The position numbers and the translations under genes were made by a program. The notes beneath the pieces are model-generated. The model worked only from the letters and a program-made list of their open reading frames with translations. It was not told the DNA's origin and made no database searches. DNA of 64,000 bases from Botryllus schlosseri. Lineage: Eukaryota. Location of the stretch: assembly GCA_051294905.1 (NCBI GenBank), contig CM119371.1, forward strand, positions 34,968,001-35,032,000, given 5' to 3'. The first letter of the stretch is position 1, and each line of letters starts with the position of its first letter. Shown here one piece after another: positions 26,801 through 38,800 of this stretch.

Positions 26801-29800
26801 AATTTTTCACGAGACCACGTAGTCATTTTCGAAACTTTGAGGCATTTAAAGCCTACAAAGAATTTTTACCAAAATTTGTTCAAAAATCACGGTATAGGTA
26901 AAAAAAATCACCAGCCATTTCCCACCAAATTTTACCGCCGTTAGGGTGTTTATACCGTTGCCGAAGCGTGACGCACGTTCATCTTTTCCGTTTCAGGTTC
27001 AAAGTGAAGATGTCCAAGGACACACTGCGACAAAACAAGCGCACCCTGCACAGCTTCTTCAACCTGCAGACCTCCCTGACTTGCGCCAACAGCTTGGTGA
27101 GCGAACGCGTCCGCCTGAATTTGCCAGGGCTTCGATTGTGCGTAGAATCCCTCGATGTTTAAAAGCTACGTGGACTGGGTTTTAGGGTTGTTCAAAATTT
27201 GCATTTTTCTTTGAATTTTACCGGGTGTTCGGTAGAATTGTTAGGTTGGCTAAAAAGGATACATAAGGCAATTCCGTTATAACTTAGCGAGGCTGTAATG
27301 TATACCCTCGGAATTGTCCGATATATTTGTCCAATATCTTTTTTGAATTATGCGTACATTATAAAGATTGAATTGAAAAATTTCCTGTGGTTTAAATTCT
27401 CTTGTCACTAGGTGGCGCTGCATGCAAAAATCTGTAAAATCCATATTCTTTTGGCTAAATGATAGCGGAGAATCAAATAAAATGTCTGATTATCCAATTC
27501 TGGGGCCGAGGAATTGGAAAAAATCAACTTTTTCGCTCTTAACTCGAGGGAAAAAGCTACAGATGAACAAATATGGGGGGTTGGATTCCGTTCGCACGAA
27601 AAAAATTATTGCGATGTGTACTTTGAGGCGGTATGATTGATAAAAAATTGGACTTTCAAATTAAACTCTTCTTCCAGTGAAATAAAAAACGAACAATTTC
27701 ATAAATGTTCTACTCGGTAAACTCAGGTCATGTTCGACGAGCGCGGCTGCCTGCGTAAGTTCACCGACACCCTCGACGTTCTGAAATACTTTTACAAGAT
27801 CCGTTTGCAAAAGTATCACGACAGGAAAGAGTTTTTGCTCGGTGAGTTATATCGTCTTTGAGATTGAATCTGGTTTTTCCGGCGTTATTTTTGGCGATCT
27901 CGAGCTTATAAATGTATTTAGAGGTACAGAACTTCGATATACGATTGAATAGTATATTCGTATTGAAATGAACCCGGATATTCGTCAGCAATTAGTAGAG
28001 AATTAGAAAGAACATTGTGTAACAAGAATCGTATCGCCAAATACGATGTTATCGGCATGAAATTTTGAATAATCTGAAAAAAGAGATGTAGTTACTGGTC
28101 CACATTTTGTTGTAATATCGTTTTTCCATGGAAAAATGTCCAGATTCCGTTACAATAACATTTTTTCATAGAAACACCCGTAAGTTTCCAAGTCGAAAAA
28201 GTTTTTCAGGCCAAACTTCTTGGCAAGGACGGACAGTTCCAACCAGAAACGAAGATGAATGTGGGAAACGCCTGACTTGCATACGCGAGGGCAAAATTTG
28301 GTGGAAAATAGAAGTTTTATTAAGTCAAAAAATGTCAAAATTTTGATTTTTTAGGTCAAAATCTTCCGTTTTTAGGTAAAGAAAAAATTGCCCCATTTAG
28401 GCTTTTTCACAAATTTGTCAGTTTTCAAGTCGAAACATTTTTTTTTATCCAAACTACTTCGTGAGGACAGACGGTTCCGACCAGAAACGAAGATAAATAG
28501 TAGGCCTACAATTTAAAAATTATGTGCGAAAACTCCTAATGTACATACACGAGGGCAAAATTTTGTCAAAATCAAGTTTTTTATAGTAAAAAATGTCAGA
28601 CTTTCGATTTTTTAGTCGCAATCTTCCATTTTTTAATAAAAATATCGGATCTTGATTGGTTAATCGAGTATGCTTGAGCTTATTGCAAGCTTGTTGACGA
28701 TTTTTATCGATAATATATAGAATGGGACATGATTATGAATCGTTTTTGATATTTTCCAAAGTATGGACACTGGATGACCCTAACGAATACACGAAACAAT
28801 TGTATGTTGAAGTTTTGTACCTCCGAGAGTCTCTTCCGTCAGAGATTTGGGTATGATTTTGCATTCCGGGATGATTATAACAAACACGGACGCCATATAA
28901 CGGCGGATGAATATCTATACTGAAAAGATGACCGGGTATCCTTGTACTGAAACGCCACACGGAAATTAGCCTGGTAAACGTACGTGGGCTTCAATTTTTG
29001 CGATTTGTTTTATTCGGTCAGGACTGCTGACGGCCGAAGCCAAGAAGCTCTCGAACCAGGCCAGGTTTATCGTGGAGATGGTCGACGGCGTCATTTCTAT
29101 ATTCAACAAGCCCAAAAAAGAACTGGTCAAGATGCTGGCGGACCGGGGCTACGACTCTGACCCGGTCAAGGCTTGGAAGGATGCAGTCGGCAAGGTATGG
29201 TGCCGTTAGCGGATTTGTAGGTGTGCTTCCTAGGAGGCATTGTATGGTTCTTATATAGCCACAAGACAAACTTCCGGGGGCTTCGCCCCTAAACTCTACA
29301 GTGGGGCGTATGTTTTCAGCTGTGCTTGTCAGCACATTCATTAGGCTCAGTGTAAGCAGAGAGTTTATGTAGCTTGATCTCACCAATAGCGAAAATTTTC
29401 GATCATTCATGACTGATTCGGTTTTCTCGCTGCCTAATTTTTAGCACACCTTTCGGAGTCCCCTGTTAGCCTACGCTTCATTATGTGTTGGTACGTCGTG
29501 GCGCGGTAATGGCCGATGCCGAAATGCCTATTTCTATAAATCATGCGTATTTCTCAGAGAAGGGCACCTGATAAACAAGACATTTAGTGACACTAAATCG
29601 CGAAAAGAAATTGAAAAATGTTGGAAAAAGTTTTAAAATACTACGCAGTGATGTATGTTAATTTACAAAATAATCTAGGGCTCTTTTCAATCTCGGCCCC
29701 TCTCCAATTGGGTGGTTTGGGGTGCACCAGTTACGGTCCTGCACAAAATGCATGAATCGAAAACAAATGATCGCTCAAACTGCGCGATTTAGCCATGGGC

Positions 29801-32800
29801 CGGGTCGTACCTGTTCTGTACTTGTCGCTTGTATGTTCTCAAACGACACGTCTTGAACTTTAAGTCAAAACGAACATGTTTCCAGCCCTAAAGTTATCTC
29901 ACGAAGTTCTGGATCAGTTTAAAATTTGATGTTTTATTTATTTTATCAATGTAAAAGCCTTCAACATTGCATCTTGAATTTAAGGTATAGAATTGTAATA
30001 TACCTGGCGGACCGGCAAGAATGTCGTCGCGGCGGTTGAGGACCGCTGATGTAGACGACATTGTCAGAATGAAGCAACACGGTTTGTCACCAGCAGTGTA
30101 CGCACTACTTGAGTGTCGTCAGCCAACATCTGCTGCTGTTAAACGTTCTTTCTCCATTCTTGGCAAGCTATTTAGTAAGGACAGACGCTTTCTACCCGAG
30201 AATGTAGGAAAGTTTTCTTTGTTGTATTACAAATAATTTTAATCATTTCTACTATAAAGCGTAATATAACTATTGGAATTCATCGTAGGGCCAGATTTCG
30301 TTAAAATGAAGTTTTTTTCACGTAAAAATTTGACAGTTTTCGATCAAAGTTTTTTTCAGGCCAAACTACTTCCTAAGGACAGACAGTTCCAACCACGTAC
30401 GAAGATAAGTAGTACAATTCTAACGTGTGAGAAAATGCCTAGTTTGCGTACGTTCGGTCAAACTTGGTCAAAATTAAGTTTTTTGAGACGAAAAAACGTC
30501 AAAATTTTGATTCGCCAAGTCAAAATTGAGTTTTTAGGCCAAAAAAATCGATCTGCTCATTACACTTTACGTTTCTATGCTTCAGTTTTGATTCTAGTGT
30601 TATTGGATATGTTACGGGAGAACGGTATGGCGCGAAATGAACCAAACTTTGTGTGCGGACATTCGCGATGCCGAACTCTGACTCAATATACACTGGTCTT
30701 GGATTTAGTTGTGTACAGTAATTCTAATTGTAATATGATTTGGAGAAGCTGAAAATTCTCTGCTCGTCTACAGTCTGCCAGGCTTTTGCAAATTGCGCTG
30801 GGATTAGAAGTGCGGCTAAACCGTTTTTTTTCTTCGAATTATAGTAGAATTAGAATTGCAGCTACAGTTTTTTTACAAATTAGCTTACGATTAGAACTAG
30901 GCTACTGACATTGAATCGGTATGAAAACACTTTACAAATTAGATTTGAATTGGAGCAAACAAGCATTTCATTAACTAGACCACAGGCGTTTAGCTCTTGT
31001 TAGTCGTGTTATACAGTTGACCTGGTCTGAACATGACTATATGACTGCAATTTGCCACCTGATAAATATCGATGAATTTTTCTGCCCAGAAACTCGCAAA
31101 CGACGAAGGCGCGGAATCGGAAGGCGAGGAGACGAACGGCGGCGCGGACTTCAATTACATTCTCAACATGCCGCTGTGGAGTCTGTCCATGGAGAAAAAG
31201 GAAGACCTCTTAAAGCAGGTTTGCCGCGTTTGCTTTTGCGATTGGGCTGCTAATCGATGAATGCGGGAAAATACATTCCCAGAGTTATACTAAGGATCTC
31301 AAAGTGTCTACTTCTGTTTGATTATATCACATCTGGCTTCATGCGCGGGTTTGTTATCGAAAACTTCCGTTCTCTAGTCAGCATGTTTGGCCCGTTTGAG
31401 TCGCCTGTCATGCGTTACGAGGGTGGTAGAGTGAGGCGCGTCGGCTTGTCATGAATTTCGGAGGCTGTTTTAGCCTCGGGAGACCTTGACGTTTGGGGCG
31501 CGTAAGTTTGCGAGAGTGGACGGGCGATTATTGTTTTGGGTGTCGCCCGTCTAGTCTGATAACCGACATTTTCCCTGTGTCGGTTCGCATTTTGGTGTGA
31601 TTGCCGATTTTGTTCTAAAAATATGTAACCTTTACAGAAAGATGCGAAGCAGACGGAGCTCGACGAGCTGTTCGGGAAGACCCCGTCGACATTGTGGCGC
31701 GACGACCTCGACAAATTTATGGAGGAATTTGAGGTGAGATTTTGAGTGTGGCTTTGAAAATTTTTGCTCCGTTTCTACGTGACTAAGAAATTTCCGTGAT
31801 TTTTCTTTCGTATTTGATCTCGAGTCAGTTTTTGAGTTTGAAAACGTGATTTTCGTGATCGAGTCGGCGGGAATGAAGCCAGATCAGCTGTGAACTATTC
31901 TATTGTACAATAGGGGTGTTCAGAAATGACTTTTTTTTTCAAATCGTACTTGCTACTTGATAAAATTGTTAGGTTACCTAATTTAAGCCTACACACCAAA
32001 TTTGGTTCAATTCCAGCCGGCAGCCGCATTGCTACAGGAGAAGAAAGTTTCTATTTATTATATAGAAATGAAGTAAAATTTGAAAATTTTCTTTTCGCCC
32101 CATGAAAGTGTTAGGTTGTCTGTAGGAATGATGTTCACCAAATTTGGTTTATTCCAACCCGTGGAAGCGGAGTTACTGCCGTCGAAAAATTTGGATTTAA
32201 ATAAAATAATATTTACGGTGACCAATTCTTTAATTGTTTATTATAGGTGTGCGAGTGTGCCCACCGTAAATACTATTTTATTCGAATCCAAATTTTCCGA
32301 CTGCAATAACTCCGCTTCCACTGGCTGGAATCGAACCAAATTCGACGTGTAGGCTTAAATTAGGTAACCTAACAATTTTATCAAGTAGCCGGTACGATTT
32401 GAGAAAAAATTCATTTTTGGACACCCCTGTTGTACAACTTGACCATTTGACGAATGGAATCGAGCCAAATTTGGTGTGCCACCTAATGATTTTATCGAAT
32501 AGCCAGTCAAATTTGACCTAAAAAGCTGCGTTTGGACAGTTGTGGTCTTGTGCGCCTGGTTTCGTGGTGCAGTTACAAATGTAAAGTTGCTTAGCGCCGC
32601 AAATGATGTTCTCACGATGGTCTTCATAACATGACGTGATGATAATTTAACATTTCAAGACTGATGCGGATAATTTAACCTAGGTATGTAACCTGCGGAT
32701 GATGCTCTGATTTTCACTGAAACTATCGTAGGCTGTCGTTAATCGAATTGTCGATCTGCAGAAAATGGAGAAGGCCGAAGCCAAGAAAGCCGGGTCGGCC

Positions 32801-35800
32801 GGCAGCCAGGGCAGGGGCATACTGACCGAGGCCGTCAAGGCTGAAGTGTTCCCGTCGCCGCACGGTGTCAGGGTGACCCCGCGGATTGACCTTGCCAAGC
32901 CGCTCGCCGGGGGGAAAAGGGGAAAGAAGGTATTGGGGTTTGAGGGTTTCGGTCAAGTTTTTTCTTTAAATTACGGCCGATTTTTTTTTCATATCGTAAC
33001 GTTATTTTCGCGGAATTATCGGTCGATTTTTTTTATGACCGGATGTTATTTTCTTGGAATTTGTGGTCAATTTTGGAAATTTCGATTTTTCTCGAAATTT
33101 TTGATCGGATTTTTTGAACGCAATGTTGTTTTCCGAAGTTCTTTACCCGCTATTGCCTTACTACCGATGTTACTTTTGGTATTTACGGTCACTAGTTTAC
33201 GTCTGATTTTGCTTGCCTGTGTTTTCAGGCGATATTTTTTGATCTTGATGTTTTATCCGAACATTCGGTCAGCTTTAGAAATTTCGATGTTTTCCCGGAA
33301 TTTGCGGTCGATTTTCAAAATTTTAATGTTTTCTTGGAAATTTTCCGGTTAGAGTTTTTGAACGCGATGTTGTTTTCTGGAATTTTTAGTCACTTTTTTC
33401 GAATCTAGATGCCGATTTCTTTAAATTTTCTTCCTGAATTCTGAGAGGCGTACAATAATAAGGGTAGTGTCCCCTGTAGAAACGCAGACCATAGCTGACG
33501 GTGTACTGGCTTTTGATCGAAAACCTGGCCTGTTTGCTTTACTTTTATTATCTTAATTGCAGGCTAAAATCGAAGACCCCACCGTCAAAAAACCGGACTC
33601 TCATTTCGTCACCGCCAACAAGAAATTAGGTATGCTACTTCCTGCTCTCGTGTGTTTTCATCCTATTTTTGTACTAATTTTTCTAGAAACTGTATCCATT
33701 CTCTAGTCAGCATGTTTGGCCCGTTTCTGTCGCGTGTCATGCGTTACGAGGGTGGTAGAGTGAGGCGCGTCGACTCGTCACGAATTTCGGAGGCTGTTTT
33801 AGCCTCGGGAGACTTTGACGTTTAGCGCGCGTAGGTTTGCTAGAGTGGACGGGCGATTGTTTTTCGGTATCTCCCGTCCTAGTCTGATAACCGACATTGT
33901 TTTGCGGAATAAAACTCTCGTCTTGGAAATATGTTTGATGCGAATTTACTACAAAAAATCTGACGATAAAGATGTAGCAAAACATATTCAACTGCATCTG
34001 CAGGCTTAAAATAAGGTTGAAATAACCCCCGCATTAGGGTGGAGTGAAAAAAAGAAAATTTTGAATTTCAAAAAGTGCCTCTGATATTTGGCCCCAAATC
34101 AAATATGAATAACTTCTATCATAATTTCAGGTTTTTACGCCCTCTAGTGGCCGAGCTTATTCACCAAACGAGTCGAAAATAGCTAATTTTGCCATATCCT
34201 GATAACCGCTATGCTAGAAAGCCAGTTTTGGGTTTAAAATCTGTGGAAGCAACATGTTTCTATCTCACTTCCATAGAACTTTGTCCTGAAAATGTACAGA
34301 AAAAAAGTTACAAGTAAAATTGCCGATTTTTAGACCGCCATTAAAAGTGTTGGATGGTTGTACCAAATTTGCAATGCCGATTAGCATGTTACTGTCTGTT
34401 GCATTGCTGCTTCAACAACGAAATCTTGTTTGAAGGACTTATCAGTTGATTTTTATATCAACCAAGTATAATTTGGATAGTAGAGAGCATGATTGAACTT
34501 TCTTCATAGTTGCAAAGGAGCTACATGACCATTGGATTTGGTGCAATATATTTTCCATAAATGAGTTCCTATTGCGCGAAAAGTCAATAAACTGATGTTG
34601 AAATTTAGTCAACTAACTCGGTATCACTTACAGGAGCTGCTGCTGCAACTTGTGTATTGCAAGATGTTGGAATAATCAACTAAAAAAGTGATTCGTTTGT
34701 GGTAGATCACGGCAAATTACGAGGAGAGAGAGAAAGGTGTAGAAAAGAAATACAAAAAAGAGAAGCAGAAAACTTAAATCTTTTGTATGGACTCTACTTC
34801 GATGGAAGAAAAGATGACACTTTGAATATGGTTGAGGCACCCACTGGAAAATGCTCTATGACAACAGACCTGGAGGAACATATTGTTTTAGTAGGATAAC
34901 CAGGTGAGTATTACCTCTGTCACTTGTCACCTCCCAATGGAAAAGGTCGTATTTTGGCAAAAATATATCGGTTTATTTCTAACACCGACCTCTGCAAAAT
35001 CCCAGCTGTTGTGAGATCAGACGGTACAGCTTCAATGACAGGGAGATTCAAAGGCTGCATTCGTGCAATGGAAGAAATTTTACAAAGACCACTTCAATAG
35101 GCTATCTGCTTGCTTCATGATAATGAGCTGCCATTCTACATATCCGCCTTGAAAGTTGTAATTTATAATATTGTATTGCGTGTTTGAATTACGCATTGCT
35201 GTGAAAACATATCTTGATGGCAGCTCATTACCATGAAGCAAGCAGATAGCCCATTGTAGTGGTCTTTGTAGAAGTTCATTGCACGAATGCAGCCTTTGAA
35301 TCTCCCTGTCATTGAAGCTGTACTGTCTGATCCCACGACAGCTGGGTTTTTGCAGAGTTTGGTGTTGGAAATAAACTGATACATTTCTTGGCAAAACACG
35401 ACCTTTTCCATTGGGAGGTGACAAGTGACCGAGGTAATTCTGACCTGGTTCTCCTACTAAAACAATATGTTTCTCCAGCTCTGTTGTCATAGAGCATTCT
35501 CCAGTTGGTGCCTCAACCATATTCAAAGTGTCATCTTTTCTTCCATCGAAGTAGAGTCCATACACAAGATTTAAGTTTTCTGCTTCTCTTCTTTGTATTT
35601 CTTTTCTGCACCTTTCTCTATCTCCTCGTAATTTGCCGTGATCTACCACAAACGAATCACTTTTTTAGTTGATTATTCCAACATCTTGCAATACACAAGT
35701 TGCAGCAGCAGCTCCTGTAAGGTCCAATACATTATACCGTTCACAAACTCTTGCCAAGTTGATCCCCAACACATGGTTTTGGTTTGATGGTTGAGCACCT

Positions 35801-38800
35801 CCCATAAAAGTTGAATCATTACCAGAAGATGTTGATTAAGATTGCATTGACTCTGAATCACTTTGATTAAAGCTGAATTGCCCGATAGAAGTGCTGGCAC
35901 CTGCATTAGAATCACCGGTTGTTGGATTGAGCTTGACTGCCTTCGAAATCTTTCGTCAGCTGATGAAAGAGGCACAGCGTCAACCAAACCTTTTCCCTTG
36001 CGCTCTGCTTTCTGATCTTCAAATCTTTCGGTGCCATTCTTAAGCCACATTGGAGTGCAATTTTATCTCTCTGTTTGCTATCGCAGCAGAAGATGCCAAA
36101 AAGCCTATCAATATCTTGCAAGAACGTAGTTTCCATTTCTTTATAAGAATTTGATGTTCTAGATTTCTTGTGATACCGAGTTAGTTGTCTAAATTTCAAC
36201 ATCAGTTGATTGACTTTTCGAGCAATAGGAAACTCATTTATGGAAAATACATTGCACCAAATCCAATGGTCATGTAGCTCCTTTGCAACTATGAAGAAAG
36301 TTCAATCATGCTCTCTACTATCCAAATTATACTAGGTTGATATGAAAATCAACTGATAAGTCCTTCAAACAAGATTTCGTTGTTAAAGCAGCAATGTAAC
36401 AAACAGTAACATGCTAATCGGCATTGCAAATTTGGTACAACCATCCAACACTTTTAATGGCGGTCTAAAAATCGACAGTTTGCTTGTAACTTTTTTTCTG
36501 TACATTTTCAGGACAAAGTTCTATGGAAGTGAGATAGAAACATGTTGCTTCCACAGATTTTAAACCCAAAACTGGCTTTCTAGCATAAGCGGTTATCAGG
36601 ATATGGCAAAATTAGCTATTTTCGACTCGTTTGGTGAATAAGCTCGGCCACTAGAGGGCGTAAGAACCTGAAATTATGATAGAAGTTATTCATTTTTGAT
36701 TTGAGGCCAAATATCAGAGGCACTTGTTGAAATTCAAATTTTTCTTTTTTTCACTCCACCCTACCCCGCATACGCGATAATGTTGTTAGGTTGGCCAGAA
36801 CGAAGTCTTCCGCACCAAATTTACTCAATTTCAACAAATAGAAGCGAAGCTATTATAGTTTACAAAATCTACTTGTATATTCTTCCAATTTTACAGGCAA
36901 CACAATGAAATGTTGAGTTATCTAGAAAAAAACGATGTGTAGCAAATTTACCTCAATTCCAACCAGTATTATAAGTTATGTTGTTGGTGTTCAAAAATTT
37001 GAATTTGAAATTATGGTACTTGCAGTGGGTCGGGATAATAATTAATGATTAAATAATTTTTGAATCTAAAGCTTTGTACTGCAATAACTCGTGTTTGGAA
37101 ATATTGTTAAAATGTTTTTCGTTCGTCTGTTCAGTGGCATCTACCAGGGAAAAGTTTCTTCGTTATTCCTGAAACTTTGATTTGTGTTTATAATCGCGAA
37201 TGCCTTCCAGGTATGGACATGGACGTTGACGATGATGTCGACAAGCCGCTGTCGCTAGCTGAAAGGGTCAGTTTGAAGAAGGGCTCTGAAAACGATAATG
37301 AAGACGAGTGAGTTTTTGTTGCGTTGCTGCGTGCGCGACGGTCGAGGTTGCAACCAAGTCACAAGGTTCCGACTTTTAGAGTTTTGACTCGAGTTAAATC
37401 GAGTCCAAGTCGACTAGCAAGGGGTCGAGTCCGGGTCGTAGTGTGTTTTGACTTGAGTCCGAGTTCAATTTGACTCGAGTCATTTTAAGCATTTGAAAAT
37501 ATGACTCGAGTCGCCAAAACAAAATCGTGACTCGAAGTCATCACAATGCTAGCTGCGATATGCGCAACATGGAAACTGTAATTTTCTAGTTTTGTATTTT
37601 AGCCTGACCTTTCTGTACAGGGATGCTGTCGACTTGGACGATAATGACCATGGCGCGGAGGAGTCCTCCAAGAAGGCCGATCCCTCTTCGGACGAGATTA
37701 TGGAGCTGAAGTCGCCCTCTCCCGTCGCTAAGGTGTGACGAGATGTTAGTCAAAATTTTTGGCTGTGTAATAGGGCGGTTGTTTTATGACATGGCGAAAA
37801 GTTGGAATTTTGTCAAAATTGCAGAGTTAGGCCGCGCAAAATATTTACCAAAGGGAAAAATTTCTTATGCATCCGAACTGTGTTTGTGTCGTAGAAGTTG
37901 CGCTGTCTGCGCACCAGGCTTGGCCGAGTTGTAGTCTAATTTGTGAAATACTTCTTTGCTCCAATTTCATTCCAATTTCTGGTTTTCCTGCAGATTCTGC
38001 GTGATAACTGTACAGTAGGGCTGTTTGAAAAAAAAACCTTTTTCTTCAGATTTCACTGGCTACCTGCTAAAATTGTTGGGTACGTGAAATCTTCGCTGCA
38101 CACCAAATTTCGCTGAAAACCAACCAGTAGAAGGGAGATTCTTGCGCTAGAAAAACTTCTAATCAAAGAGTTAGCCACCGTAAATACTATTTTATTCAAA
38201 TCCAAATTTTTCTACTGCAATAACTTTGCTTCTAGTGGTTCGAATGGAGCCAAATTTGGTGTTTATCATATCTACTGACAGCCTAACAATTGTATGGGGT
38301 TGACAGAACAAATTTGAAATTTAACTTATGTTTTAATGATGAATTTAAAACTTCCTACTGCAAGAAAATCTCTTCTAGTGGTTGGAATCGAGCCAAAGAT
38401 AGTGTGCAGCGTTTTTTTAACCAACCTAACAATTTTATCAAGTAGCCAGTGAAATCTGAAGACACAGTTTTTTTTTTAACAGCGAAAGACTGTGGCAGTA
38501 ATTGTAATTCGGGGAAAACTTTGTAGCTGTAATTCAAATTGTGATTTGATTTCATCAAAATTGACAACGTTCTAGCGGTACAGTTTGTCTTCAAGTGCCA
38601 AATTCTAGTTTTTGTCAATCCAAATCCTCGCTCTCTCTGGTGAAATCACGTGAACCGCGCGGTGCGGTATTGCGAATCTGGCTGATTTGGCATTTGCCGG
38701 AGAAGAAACACTTTTGGGTTGGTGCTTTCGGTTTAAAAACCCCGATTTTCGTCCTTGCAGAAAACCCGGGCCAACCGAAGGAAGCTGCCGAAAACGGGGT

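Noticed and set aside
32930-33352. Extension of the 195-aa ORF beyond the TOP2 exon
   Set aside because: Read-through past the GT donor at 32930 into T-rich, low-complexity intron.
38620-38713. Hairpin-ACA candidates here and near 8120-8188, 14300-14370, 29210-29340 and 39865-39995
   Set aside because: No canonical H box or identifiable pseudouridylation pocket by eye; left for snoGPS/Infernal.
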